Source: an uncultured Woeseiaceae bacterium
Lineage (GTDB): Bacteria > Pseudomonadota > Gammaproteobacteria > Steroidobacterales > Woeseiaceae
DNA: 64,000 nt
Direction: 5' to 3'
NCBI GenBank assembly: GCA_964607425.1
Contig: CAZSKQ010000001.1
Location: 27,784-91,783 of the forward strand
In this document: positions 1-9,437 of the stretch, in pieces
Layout of the letters: each line of letters begins with the position of its first letter
Position numbering within the stretch: the first letter of the stretch is position 1
Made by a program: the position numbers and the translations under genes
The notes under the pieces: model-generated
Told to the model about the DNA's origin: nothing
The model's input: the letters and a program-made list of their open reading frames with translations, nothing else
Databases searched by the model: none

Positions 1-168
1 CTCGAGCGCTCCCTCGATCGTGAGCGACACCGCTTCATTGAACGCGGTGTTCGCCTCCGCGCTCATCATCGCGGACGCAATGACTTCACGCTGCGGCTCG
101 GTGCTCGGTGCAACGCGCGCTATTTCACCGCCCCTGAACGGGTCGAAATCCTCCAGTCCTGCATTCAT
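1..168 (-). CDS. NRPS condensation-domain protein, N-terminal 56 codons only (gene continues past the left window edge)
   Basis: ATG at 168-166, 22 nt after the PKS stop and preceded by GGAAGGA. My translation is MNAGLEDFDPFRGGEIARVAPSTEPQREVIASAMMSAEANTAFNEAVSLTIEGALE. The xPxTxxQRExxxxxxx start is typical of a C domain. The frame is open to position 1. Too short for the ORF track. Confidence 0.55.
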   Translation of the reverse strand, partial: MNAGLEDFDPFRGGEIARVAPSTEPQREVIASAMMSAEANTAFNEAVSLTIEGALE

Positions 169-190
169 TCGCTGTATGTCCTTCCAACGA

Positions 191-3100
191 TCACGACGCG
201 CGTCGGTCGTCTACCTTGATGTACTTGCCCGGCCGTTCCGGGTCGGCCACGAACCAGGCCGGCTTGCCCGAGCGATCCTTGCCCAGCCGGGCACCCGCGA
301 CCGGGGGAGCGCCCGCCCCAGCCTTGCTCAGGCGTTCCACCGCGACCGCATCGCCGTGCAGGAGGCCCTGCAGGACGAGCTCGGAGACGGATGCGATGAA
401 TGCATTCCTGATCGCTTCGATGTCGGCGTCCGAGTGACTGGTCGTCAGGAAGCAGGGCCGAAACTCCCACGCGTGTATACCGCGCTGGCGCAGCAGGTAG
501 AACAGCAATCCGCCATACGGGTCATCCGGCGGCACCGAAATATAGAAGAACGACGAGAAATCCTCGATGGTGACTTTGGCATCGATCTCCTGCAGGAAGC
601 GCCGGAGCTCCTCGACCATGCTGTGCGTGCGAGCGGCAAGGTTCTCCTGCAGCGCAGGGCCCTCCTCCTTCATGCGGGTCAGCACCGCCTTGCATGCGGC
701 CAGCGCCAGCGGGTGGCGGACGAATGTGCCGGCGAAAAAGGTCACACCGACCTCCGGGATCGAGTCGTCGCCATACTGCCACTGGCCGCCGTCCAACGCG
801 TCGAGAAAGCGGGCTTTGCCGCCGACCAGCCCGACCGGATAGCCGCCGCCGACGACCTTGCCGTAGACCGCGATGTCGGCACGGATGCCGAAGTGCGCCT
901 GCGCGCCGCCGGGGTGCACGCGAAACCCGGTAACGACCTCGTCGAAGATAAACGCCGTCTCCGATTGCTCGGTGATCTTGCGCACCTCGCGGAGGAAGTC
1001 CGCCGGTTGCAACCCGGGATGCCGGCTTTGCACCGGCTCCACCATCACCGCGGCCAGTTCCGGCGCCAGCGATCGAATCCGCTCGAGCGTCTCGTCGCTG
1101 CCGTAAGGCAGCACGATGATGTTCGAGGTCATGGCCCGCGGAATTCCCGGCGCGGCGGGCAGGCCGGCGCCTTCGCGGCCCGCCCGCACCACCACTTCAT
1201 CGAAAATGCCGTGATAGGCGCCGTCGAAGATTACGACCTTGTCGCGGCCGGTCACGGTGCGCGCGAGCCTCAGCGCCGCCAGCACGGCCTCCGAACCCGT
1301 GTTGGCGAAAGCGACCCGCTCGTTGCCCGTGAGCTCGCAGAAAAGCTCCGCGACTTCGCCGGCGAGTGGCGATTGCGGCCCGGTCTCGATGCCCTCGGCG
1401 ATCTGGCGCAGCACCGCCTCGGTCACGAAATCGGGCGAATAGCCGAAAAATATCGGGCCGAAGGCATTGGTAATGTCGATGTATTCCCGGCCGTCCAGGT
1501 CGTACAGTTTCGATCCGCGGGAGCGGTTCGTGACGATCGGGTAGACCATCTCTTTCAGGGTGGGATTGAAGCCGGATACCGTGCGCGGATCCGCGAGGTG
1601 ACGGCGGTGCTTGCGCACGAATTCCTTCGAAGCGGCCGTCGCGGCCGTGTAATCCCGGATCAGCTTGTCGATGTACGCCTGCTGGGCGCGCGTGAGCTGT
1701 TGCGCGGAGCCGGTCTTCTGGATGCGCGTGCCGGGCGTGCGCTTCGGCTTCGAGTCCCCGGTGTCCGGCGCCTCGGCCGCGGCTGCAGCCGACGCTACGG
1801 CTGCCACCGGCGGCGCGGCTGCGACGGATGCCGCTGCGGCAGGGGGCGCGGCCGCGGCAGCGGCGGCCGGATTTCCCGCGAGCAGCTGCAACTGGAACTG
1901 CATCAGCTCGAGCTGCCGCTCGATAAGGGCCTTTACGTCGTCGGGGGCCTTCGTGTCGGTAATGTTCGTCATCATCGTACTCGCCGGCGGTGGTGGTGGT
2001 GCGGCGGCGATCGCGGTCTCCGGTTCGCCGCCGGGTGCATCGTCTTGCACCTGCAAGGCCAGGTGCGCCGAAAGCTCCCCCAGCGTCGTGTACTCTTCCA
2101 TCAGCTCGCGGAAGCTCACCGCCACGCCGAACTCCTGCTTCAGCGCCGTGCTGACCTGTGTGAGCAGCAGCGAGTCGAAGCCGAGTTCCGGAAACCCGGC
2201 GTCCGGATCCGCGTCGTCCAGGTCGTATCCTGATGTGTCTTCGAACACCCGGGCAATGCGGGTCCTGAGGCTGTCCAGGCGTGCCGATTCGTTCATGGAT
2301 TTCCGTTCCGTTTGCGTGTTTTCTGGTTTGGGAGACGTCTCCGGCAGCGGGGCGCCGGTGACAGTCGGGACGTTCGCGGCCACCTGGCGCGGTTCCGCCG
2401 GGTCGACCCAGTGACGGGTACGCGCGAACGCGTACGCCGGCAGCGGCGCTTTTCGCGGGCGGCGCTCGCCCCAGTGAGCGCTAAAATCGATGTCCGCGCC
2501 GTTGACCCAGCAGCGTGCGGCGGCTTCCCAGAGCTGGCGCAAAGCCGAGGGGCCGATCCCGGCTTCGGGACTCGCGGCGCACGCCACCGGCGGCTCGGAA
2601 TGCCGGCACTGGCTCGCGAGGGTGGTCAGCGCCTTGCCGGGGCCGACTTCCACCAGCACGCAGGGGCCGCCTGCCGCGGCCGTCTCCACCGCCGCGGCAA
2701 ACCGCACCGGCTCGCGCAGCTGGCGCGCCCAGTACGCGGGGTCGGTCGCGGCGGCGTCGCTCAGCAGCACGCCCGTCGCGGTCGATACGATCGGGATACG
2801 CGGGGCATTCAGCTCCACGCGGGATAAAACCGCGGCCAGTTTCTCGACGGCCGGTTCCATCATCGCGGAGTGAAACGCATGCGACGTCCGCAACGGTTTG
2901 CAGCTCTTCCCGCGTTTCTCGAGCTCCTCCTGCAAACCGTTGATGGCGGCGGTGGGACCGGACAGCACGGTGAGCTCAGGGCCGTTGACCGCGGCGAGCT
3001 CGATCGGGCCGGTAACGAATTCCCGCGCCTCCTCCTCGGAGCAGAACAGCGTAAGCATGCTGCCTTCGGGCTGTGCCTGCATCGCCGCACCGCGAGCCGC

Positions 3101-5041
3101 AACGATGGCGAGCGCATCTTCGAACGTGAACACACCCGCGATCGCGCCCGCGGTAAACTCGCCGATGCTGTGACCGAGCAGCAGCGCCGGCTCGACGCCG
3201 ATGGATGCCAGCGCCTTTGCCAGGCTGAACTCGAACAAAAACAGCGCCGGCTGCGCAACGGCCGTGGCTTCGATACTTTTTTCGCTGGCCCCCGACGCGG
3301 TAAACAGCGCGCTTTCGAGATCGGGTCCGCCGTGATCGCGCAAGCACGCAAGGCCGCGATCGAACCACTCGCGAAACACAGGGGATTGCTCGCGCAGGCC
3401 CGCGCCCATATCGGGCCGCTGGGCTCCCTGCCCCGTGAACATGAACCCGATCCGGCGCCCGGGCATCGCCTTTCCGCGTACGGCGCGGCGCGCGTCATCC
3501 AGCGCCTCGCAGGCGTCGGCCAGCGAATGGGTGATCCAGGCGCTCCGGCACCGCATCCGCTCGCGTCCGAATTGCAGGGTGTGCAGCACGGAGGCGTGGG
3601 AAAGGGCCGGCGCCGCATCCCCGAGCCAGTCGCGCAGGCCGCGCGTGGCCCGCGCCAGCGCGTCATCCTCCCTGGCAGAAAGGCACAGCATGCCGGTTCC
3701 ATCCGCGTATTCGGCGGCGGCGACCCGCGGCGGTTCCTCGACGATCACGTGCGCGTTCGTACCGCCGACGCCAAAAGCGCTGACCCCGGCCCGCCGCGGT
3801 CCCCCCGGGCGCCACTCCAAAAGCTCGGAATTGACGTGAAACGGGCCGCTGTCGAGTTCCAGGCGCGGGTTGGGCTTGCGAAAGTGCAGCGTGGGGGGAA
3901 TCTTGCCGTGGTAGACGGCAAGTACCGCCTTGATGAAGCCGGCGACTCCCGCCGCATGCACCAGGTGGCCGATATTGGATTTCACCGAGCCTAAGAGGCA
4001 GGTCTGCCGCGCCGCCGTATCCTCCACGCCGAAGGCCTGTTTGAGTGCCGCGACCTCGATGGGATCGCCGAGTGGTGTCGCCGTGCCGTGGGTCTCGACG
4101 AAGCCGATCGTGCTGGGGTCCACGTCGGCATGCTCCAGGGCGGAGCGGATGACCCCGGCCTGGCCCGCGACGCTCGGCGCCGTATAGCTGACCTTGTCCG
4201 AGCCGTCGTTGTTGACCGCGAACCCGCGGATCGCCGCGTACACGTGATCGCCCTCGGCGATCGCATCCTCGAGCCGGCGCAGCACCACCACGCCCGCGCC
4301 GTCGTTGAAGGTGGTGCCGCTGGCGTCGGCGTCGAACGGCCGGCAGTGACCGTCGGCCGACAGCATCCCGCCTTCCTGGTAGAGGTAGCCCGCGTGCACC
4401 GGCACCGAGAGCGATGCGCCGCCGGCCAGCGCGATGTCGCACTCATAGTTGAGCAGCGACTGGGCGGCCTGGGCAATGGCCACGAGAGAGGTCGAGCAGG
4501 CCGTGCCGACGGTTACGCTCGGCCCGCGCAAGTTGAGCTTGTAGGAGATACGGGTGGCCAGGAAATCGTACTCGTTGGCAAGCGCTGCATTGAATTCCCC
4601 GATCCTGGCCGTGATGTCGGGGCGGCTCGCGAGAATCTGTGCGCGGTAGCGATTCCAGTTCATGCCAACGAAGACACCGATCAGGCCATCGAAAGCCGAC
4701 GGGCGGTGGCCTGCATGCTCCAGCGCGGACCAGGCGAGCTCCAGCAGGAGCCGCTGCTGCGGATCCATGACCGCCGCTTCCAGCGGCGTAATGCCGAAGA
4801 AGGCCGCGTCGAAGCGATCGTAGTCGGCTATCACGCCCTTGGCGCGGATATAGTCGTCCCGGGCCGCCATGCTTTGCGGTACCAGCGGATCGAGCTCATT
4901 CGGCGCAAAGAACCGGATCCCTTCCCGGCCGGCACAAAGGAGTTCCCAGAACTGCCCCACGTTGTCGGCGCCGGGAAAACGGGCACTCATCCCGACGACC
5001 GCCAGGCTGTTTGCAGGCAACGGCTGGTTTACCTCCTCCAT
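191..5041 (-). CDS. Hybrid type I PKS: KS - AT (malonyl-type) - ACP - class III (GSA-like) aminotransferase
   Basis: Track ORF 191..5308 trimmed to ATG 5041 (MEEVNQPLPANSLAVVGMSARFPGA), 6 nt after the upstream stop. KS about 3734-5008 (TACSTS, HGTATPLGD, NIGH). AT about 2594-3457 (GHSIGE, HAFH). ACP about 2054-2287 (LGFDSLL). Ala/Pro linker. PLP aminotransferase about 374-1696 (NTGSEA, VYGKVVGGG). No KR/DH/ER. Confidence 0.9.
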   Translation of the reverse strand: MEEVNQPLPANSLAVVGMSARFPGADNVGQFWELLCAGREGIRFFAPNELDPLVPQSMAARDDYIRAKGVIADYDRFDAAFFGITPLEAAVMDPQQRLLLELAWSALEHAGHRPSAFDGLIGVFVGMNWNRYRAQILASRPDITARIGEFNAALANEYDFLATRISYKLNLRGPSVTVGTACSTSLVAIAQAAQSLLNYECDIALAGGASLSVPVHAGYLYQEGGMLSADGHCRPFDADASGTTFNDGAGVVVLRRLEDAIAEGDHVYAAIRGFAVNNDGSDKVSYTAPSVAGQAGVIRSALEHADVDPSTIGFVETHGTATPLGDPIEVAALKQAFGVEDTAARQTCLLGSVKSNIGHLVHAAGVAGFIKAVLAVYHGKIPPTLHFRKPNPRLELDSGPFHVNSELLEWRPGGPRRAGVSAFGVGGTNAHVIVEEPPRVAAAEYADGTGMLCLSAREDDALARATRGLRDWLGDAAPALSHASVLHTLQFGRERMRCRSAWITHSLADACEALDDARRAVRGKAMPGRRIGFMFTGQGAQRPDMGAGLREQSPVFREWFDRGLACLRDHGGPDLESALFTASGASEKSIEATAVAQPALFLFEFSLAKALASIGVEPALLLGHSIGEFTAGAIAGVFTFEDALAIVAARGAAMQAQPEGSMLTLFCSEEEAREFVTGPIELAAVNGPELTVLSGPTAAINGLQEELEKRGKSCKPLRTSHAFHSAMMEPAVEKLAAVLSRVELNAPRIPIVSTATGVLLSDAAATDPAYWARQLREPVRFAAAVETAAAGGPCVLVEVGPGKALTTLASQCRHSEPPVACAASPEAGIGPSALRQLWEAAARCWVNGADIDFSAHWGERRPRKAPLPAYAFARTRHWVDPAEPRQVAANVPTVTGAPLPETSPKPENTQTERKSMNESARLDSLRTRIARVFEDTSGYDLDDADPDAGFPELGFDSLLLTQVSTALKQEFGVAVSFRELMEEYTTLGELSAHLALQVQDDAPGGEPETAIAAAPPPPPASTMMTNITDTKAPDDVKALIERQLELMQFQLQLLAGNPAAAAAAAPPAAAASVAAAPPVAAVASAAAAAEAPDTGDSKPKRTPGTRIQKTGSAQQLTRAQQAYIDKLIRDYTAATAASKEFVRKHRRHLADPRTVSGFNPTLKEMVYPIVTNRSRGSKLYDLDGREYIDITNAFGPIFFGYSPDFVTEAVLRQIAEGIETGPQSPLAGEVAELFCELTGNERVAFANTGSEAVLAALRLARTVTGRDKVVIFDGAYHGIFDEVVVRAGREGAGLPAAPGIPRAMTSNIIVLPYGSDETLERIRSLAPELAAVMVEPVQSRHPGLQPADFLREVRKITEQSETAFIFDEVVTGFRVHPGGAQAHFGIRADIAVYGKVVGGGYPVGLVGGKARFLDALDGGQWQYGDDSIPEVGVTFFAGTFVRHPLALAACKAVLTRMKEEGPALQENLAARTHSMVEELRRFLQEIDAKVTIEDFSSFFYISVPPDDPYGGLLFYLLRQRGIHAWEFRPCFLTTSHSDADIEAIRNAFIASVSELVLQGLLHGDAVAVERLSKAGAGAPPVAGARLGKDRSGKPAWFVADPERPGKYIKVDDRRAS

Positions 5042-5046
5042 GACGA

Positions 5047-6879
5047 CTACCGCGCTCGGCTGCGCGCCGCCTGCGCGGCGCGCCGCAGTGCCCCGCGGCC
5101 GGGACCCGCGGTCCGCGCCGCGGGCCCGGCAAGCGCGGCCTGCTGGGTGGCGATGGTCGCGTGCTCGAACACGAAAGTGGACGAGAGCGTCACCGGCGCT
5201 TGCTGCTGCAGCAGCTCGTGCAATTGCATGGCCTCCAGCGAGGTGCCCCCCGCATCGAAAAAGTTGGTATCGGGCGATTCGGGCAGGCGTCCCAGCACCG
5301 CCGACCACGCCTGGCGGACCGCATCATAACCGGGCGCCTCGCCCTGCGGCCCGGCCGCCGCAAACGGATCCGGCAATGCGGACGCGTCGAGCTTGCCGTT
5401 CGCGTTGATCGGCCAGCTGTCGAGGCAGGCGAAATAGTGCGGAATCATGTACGCGGGCAGCCGCTTTGCGAGTTGCCGGCGCAGGTCGGCCACGGACAAG
5501 GTGGACGGCAGCAGGTAGGCCGCCAGGCGCTTCTGCCCGGCCGGGCCCTTCCGCACCAAAACACGGCATTCACGCACGCCGTCGAGCTGCTCGATGGCCG
5601 CGCGGATCTCGCCGGGTTCAATGCGGTGACCGTCGATCTTGACCTGGTCGTCGAAACGTCCGAGAAATTCGTATACGCCATCCTCACGCTGCCGGACCCG
5701 GTCGCCGGTCCGGTAGGCGCGCACGCGCCCGCCGGAACCGGCCGCTACGCTGACGAAGCGCTCGGCCGTCTGCTGCGGGTGATTGAGGTACCCCAGAGCA
5801 ACGCCCGCGCCGAGAGCGAGCAGCTCGCCCTCCTCACCCGGCGTGACCGGCTCCAGGGCCTCGTCGACCACGAGCACCCCGGTGCCGGAAATCGGTTCGC
5901 CGATCGGCACGCTTGCGGCATCGGCAGGAAAGTTTCGCGGGATCGCGTAGCAGGTGGTGAACGTGGTGTTCTCGGTAGGGCCGTAGCCGTTGATCAGGCG
6001 CACTTCCGGAAGCGCGGCGAGCGCGCGCACGACGTGCGGGACCGACAGGGCCTCGCCGCCGGTGAGGAGATAGTCGAGACCGGAGAAAGTCCGCAGGTCC
6101 TGGTCCACGACGTTGTTGAACAGGGAGGCGGTCATCCACAGGCAATTCACCCCCGTCTCCGCGATGACCGCACGAAGACCCGCCGCCGTCGGCAGGCGAT
6201 CGTCGGGATAGAGAACGAGGATGCCGCCGTTCAGGAGCGGCGCCCAGATCTCGAGGGTGGAGGCGTCGAAGCTCTGCGGTGCGAGGTGCAGGAAAACAGT
6301 GCCCGCGTTGAGTTCCATGAAATTCGGCCCGAGCACCAGGCGTGCCACGGCCCCATGGGGAACGACGACCCCCTTGGGAACGCCGGTCGATCCCGAGGTG
6401 AACATGATGTAGGCCGGCGTCCCGGCGGCGAACACGGGCGACAAGGCCGCGGGCGGGGCGGTGGCGGGCAACTGGTCGAGGCGCAGGAGCGCGGCCAGGC
6501 CCTCGAATGCCTCCGCCGGCACGCCGGGCGACACGATGAGCGACAGGCCCGCGTCCCGGCAAAGCCGTGACAGGCGCTCGCGGGGGGAATCGGGGTCCAG
6601 GGGCACGTAGTGCGCGCCTAGCGACAGTACGCCAAGCATAGCGGCAACGGTGTCCGGATGACGCGCGGCGGCCAGGCCGACTGCCTGGCCGGCCTGCACG
6701 CCGGATGCCGCCAGCGCCTGGGCGATGGCACCGGCGCGCGCCGCGAGCTCGGCGTAGCTCCACTCGCGCCAGCCCGCCGCTTGCAAAAAACGCACGGCCG
6801 TCCGGTGTCCCGCGCTTTGCGCGATTACGCGAAAGCGCTCATGGATCAGCAATTGGTCGTTGCCCGGAAGAGCATCCAT
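5047..6879 (-). CDS. Stand-alone NRPS adenylation-PCP didomain (loading module)
   Basis: 610 aa. Motifs: MFTSGSTGVPKGV, FDASTLEIW (Asp of the amino-acid code present), GELLALGAGVALGY, YRTGD, NGKLD, then carrier motif FFDAGGTSLEAMQL. Confidence 0.9.
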   Translation of the reverse strand: MDALPGNDQLLIHERFRVIAQSAGHRTAVRFLQAAGWREWSYAELAARAGAIAQALAASGVQAGQAVGLAAARHPDTVAAMLGVLSLGAHYVPLDPDSPRERLSRLCRDAGLSLIVSPGVPAEAFEGLAALLRLDQLPATAPPAALSPVFAAGTPAYIMFTSGSTGVPKGVVVPHGAVARLVLGPNFMELNAGTVFLHLAPQSFDASTLEIWAPLLNGGILVLYPDDRLPTAAGLRAVIAETGVNCLWMTASLFNNVVDQDLRTFSGLDYLLTGGEALSVPHVVRALAALPEVRLINGYGPTENTTFTTCYAIPRNFPADAASVPIGEPISGTGVLVVDEALEPVTPGEEGELLALGAGVALGYLNHPQQTAERFVSVAAGSGGRVRAYRTGDRVRQREDGVYEFLGRFDDQVKIDGHRIEPGEIRAAIEQLDGVRECRVLVRKGPAGQKRLAAYLLPSTLSVADLRRQLAKRLPAYMIPHYFACLDSWPINANGKLDASALPDPFAAAGPQGEAPGYDAVRQAWSAVLGRLPESPDTNFFDAGGTSLEAMQLHELLQQQAPVTLSSTFVFEHATIATQQAALAGPAARTAGPGRGALRRAAQAARSRAR

Positions 6880-7217
6880 AGCTCAAGAATTCCCTGCTGG
6901 TCTGGCGAGCGTGATCGCGCCGTCAGGGGGCGGCATTCTTATGCAGGCGCAAATTGACCCCCGCCGGCGTGACAATACCGGGAATGGTAGCGTCGCGGCG
7001 GGCCGAAGCGCATTGATTGCCGTCACAGTCGCAAACGTGAAGCAGTCCCCGGCGAAACGCGCCGCCCGGCAGCCTTCCAGGAGCGGCCGGGAACGGTCCG
7101 CTCCGCCGTGGCAGGCGGGGCGCAGCGCCGTGGCTGCCTCCCGCTGCAGGCGCAGAGCGACAGCAGGCCCGCGAAACAGCCCGAAACCCAGGTACCGCAA
7201 TCTCATCGACGCCGCCC

Positions 7218-7245
7218 TTGTTTTCTTGCTTCTACACGGAATAAT
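7218..7245 (+). promoter_or_regulatory. Possible sigma-70 promoter for the heparinase-like gene
   Basis: TTGTTT (7218-7223), 16 nt, AATAAT (7240-7245), in a locally AT-richer patch of the 550-bp divergent intergenic region. Pattern match only. Confidence 0.25.
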
Positions 7246-7433
7246 GCGTCATCGCTGACGCCTGTATTCTACGCCATGCAGGACTTCACCGAGTATAGGG
7301 TAAGCTCCCGTCCGGCGCTCGCCTCCGCGGCAACTGCCGACCCACGGCGCGGCGGTGATACACTGCTGTTCGGCTACAGTGCACCGGTCAACACCGCCTG
7401 GCCGGGACACCCGGCCATCGCTATACGTTTCGC

Positions 7434-9437
7434 ATGCAGAGTCTCTCATGGTACGTCAACCGCCTCATGTCCATGGACACGGCGGAAATACTCTGGCGCG
7501 CCAGGACGGTCGTTCGCGACCGCGTGGACATGCTGCGGGTTCCGCTGGGACGCCTGCCGCGCCTGCCGGACTCCCGCGGGCGCTCACCCGCGCTGTTTAT
7601 CCCGGGTTTTCGTTGCAGCCCCGTGGGGCAGGCTGACTGGCGCGCCCTCGATGCCGGCCTGTCCAGGGCCTGGACAGCACGCTTGCTGGCGAAGGCCGAC
7701 GCAGCACTCGAGAACCGGCTGAGCTATTTCGACCTCGAACGGCAGCACCACGGCGAGCCCTGCAACTGGCATCGCGATTTCTCCGCGGGCAAGGACAGTC
7801 CCCTCCTGCACGTAGCGCGCATCGACTACCGCGATTTTTCGCGTGTCGGCGATTGCAAGCTCGTGTGGGAACCGAACCGCCATCACCAGCTCGTGGTGCT
7901 GGCCCGCGCATGGCGGGTTACCGGGGACCTGCGCTACGCACAGAAGGTTCGCGAGCTGATGCTGTCGTGGATAGAAGCCAATCCATTCGGCTTCGGCATG
8001 AACTGGAAGAGCCCGCTGGAGCTTGCCGTACGGCTGATCAACTGGATCTGGGCTCTCGACCTGACGCGCGACGCCGATGCCTTTACCGAACCCGAATGGC
8101 GAGCCGTGGAAGACCTGTGTTACCTCGCAACCTGGGATGTCCGGCGCAAGCTGTCGCGAGGATCCTCGGCAAACAATCACCTCATCGGCGAGGCCGCCGG
8201 GGTGTATGTCGCAGCCGCCTGGTTTGCCGATTTCCCGCAAGCCGAAGAGTGGCGTGCGCATTGCAAGCAGTTGCTCGAGCAGGAAATCGAGGCGCAAACC
8301 TACGCCGACGGCTGCACCCGCGAGCACGCGTTCGGCTACCAGTTTTTCGTGCTGCAGTTTGCCGTGTTCTCGCTGCTCGCCGGCCGCGGGATCGGCGAGG
8401 AGTTTTCAGCGCGCTTCCTCGATCGCGTGCACAGTATGTTTCGCTTCCTGCACGAGGTCGCGCGCGATACCGGCGCGCCTCCCGCGGTCGGCGACCAGGA
8501 CGACGGCTACGTGCTCGACCTCGGGGAGCTGCCCGCGGACGCCGGGCCGCTGATCGCGGTCGGCGGCGAGCTGTTCGAAGACGACGAGCTGCTCGGGACA
8601 GGCCCGAGCGAAACCTGTTTCTGGATTTCGGGGCGCGTTGCCGGCGGCGGCGCCGCGGGACCGGCCGTCAACGCGGAGTCGGTCCGTTTCGCGGCATCCG
8701 GCTACGCGCTGCTGCGCAGCGGCGCTGCCTCCCCGGCCGGGCGCCTGGCGGTATTCTTCGACTGCGCGGAGCTCGGCTACGGGCCGATCGCCGCACACGG
8801 TCACGCGGATGCCCTGAGCTGCACCGTAGCCGTGGACGGGCGTCCCGTGATCGTCGACCCGGGCACCTACGACTACTTCACCCATCCCGAATGGCGTGCC
8901 TACTTCCGTTCGACACGCGCCCACAACACCGTCGAGCTCGACGGTGTCTCGCAGTCGCAATCGCTGGGGCCGTTCCTGTGGGGCCGCAGAGCCACGGCGC
9001 GCCTGCTGGAGTGGTCCGATACGCCGGCAACGACGATCGCCTGCGGCGAGCACGACGGGTACCGGGGCCTGGCCTCGCCGGTGCTGCACCGGCGCCGGCT
9101 CGCGCTGGATAAGACTGCTTTGCGGCTCTCGATCACGGACACCCTGGAGGGCAGCGGAGCCCACACGGCGCGCTGGCACTTTCACCTGCACCCCGACTGC
9201 AGCCCGCGGCAGGTAGACCCGCACACCGTCGACATCGAAACCGGCAATCACACGCTCCGGCTGCATACGCCGACGTTGGCGCTCTCCGTGGTCCGTGCCG
9301 CGGAAGGCGGACGGCTGGGCTGGATCAGCGCGGGCTATCATCGCCGATCGCCGTCCGCCTGCATCGTGGCGGAATGCCGATTCACGGACGGCTATACCGC
9401 GGCGGCGGAGCTCATCGTCCTCCCGCGTGAGGCGTAA
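7434..9437 (+). CDS. Heparinase II/III-like (alginate-lyase fold) family protein
   Basis: 667 aa. Contains WEPNRHHQL, SSANNHLIGEAAG, a central toroid-like region and C-terminal AAHGHADALS, characteristic of heparinase II/III-like proteins found in polysaccharide loci. Confidence 0.8.
   Translation: MQSLSWYVNRLMSMDTAEILWRARTVVRDRVDMLRVPLGRLPRLPDSRGRSPALFIPGFRCSPVGQADWRALDAGLSRAWTARLLAKADAALENRLSYFDLERQHHGEPCNWHRDFSAGKDSPLLHVARIDYRDFSRVGDCKLVWEPNRHHQLVVLARAWRVTGDLRYAQKVRELMLSWIEANPFGFGMNWKSPLELAVRLINWIWALDLTRDADAFTEPEWRAVEDLCYLATWDVRRKLSRGSSANNHLIGEAAGVYVAAAWFADFPQAEEWRAHCKQLLEQEIEAQTYADGCTREHAFGYQFFVLQFAVFSLLAGRGIGEEFSARFLDRVHSMFRFLHEVARDTGAPPAVGDQDDGYVLDLGELPADAGPLIAVGGELFEDDELLGTGPSETCFWISGRVAGGGAAGPAVNAESVRFAASGYALLRSGAASPAGRLAVFFDCAELGYGPIAAHGHADALSCTVAVDGRPVIVDPGTYDYFTHPEWRAYFRSTRAHNTVELDGVSQSQSLGPFLWGRRATARLLEWSDTPATTIACGEHDGYRGLASPVLHRRRLALDKTALRLSITDTLEGSGAHTARWHFHLHPDCSPRQVDPHTVDIETGNHTLRLHTPTLALSVVRAAEGGRLGWISAGYHRRSPSACIVAECRFTDGYTAAAELIVLPREA

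Noticed and set aside
20-2233. Very long plus-strand ORFs lying antisense to clear minus-strand genes: 20..2233, 4088..5329, 19062..20699, 30209..31750, 35419..37707, 42093..44879, 47019..48425 and many shorter ones.
   Set aside because: Their translations are Arg/Ala/Gly/Pro-rich low-complexity strings with no recognisable motifs. The opposite strand encodes proteins with unambiguous family signatures. This is the classic high-GC antisense ORF artefact.
5042-5308. N-terminal extensions of track ORFs: 191..5308, 23512.., 31728..32795, 34011..35360, 35370..36353, 38760..40136, 43782..45326, 53732..54532, 55565..56803 and 59208..60701.
   Set aside because: The extensions overlap the preceding gene and translate to non-protein-like sequence. 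Internal starts give canonical family N-termini and short or overlapping junctions with the upstream stop.
6883-7206. 107-aa minus-strand ORF in the divergent intergenic region upstream of the A-PCP gene. I considered an MbtH-like or small regulatory protein.
   Set aside because: It has no MbtH signature (no conserved Trp pattern), its composition is Arg/Ala/Pro-rich and it has no convincing RBS. It is most likely non-coding promoter DNA.
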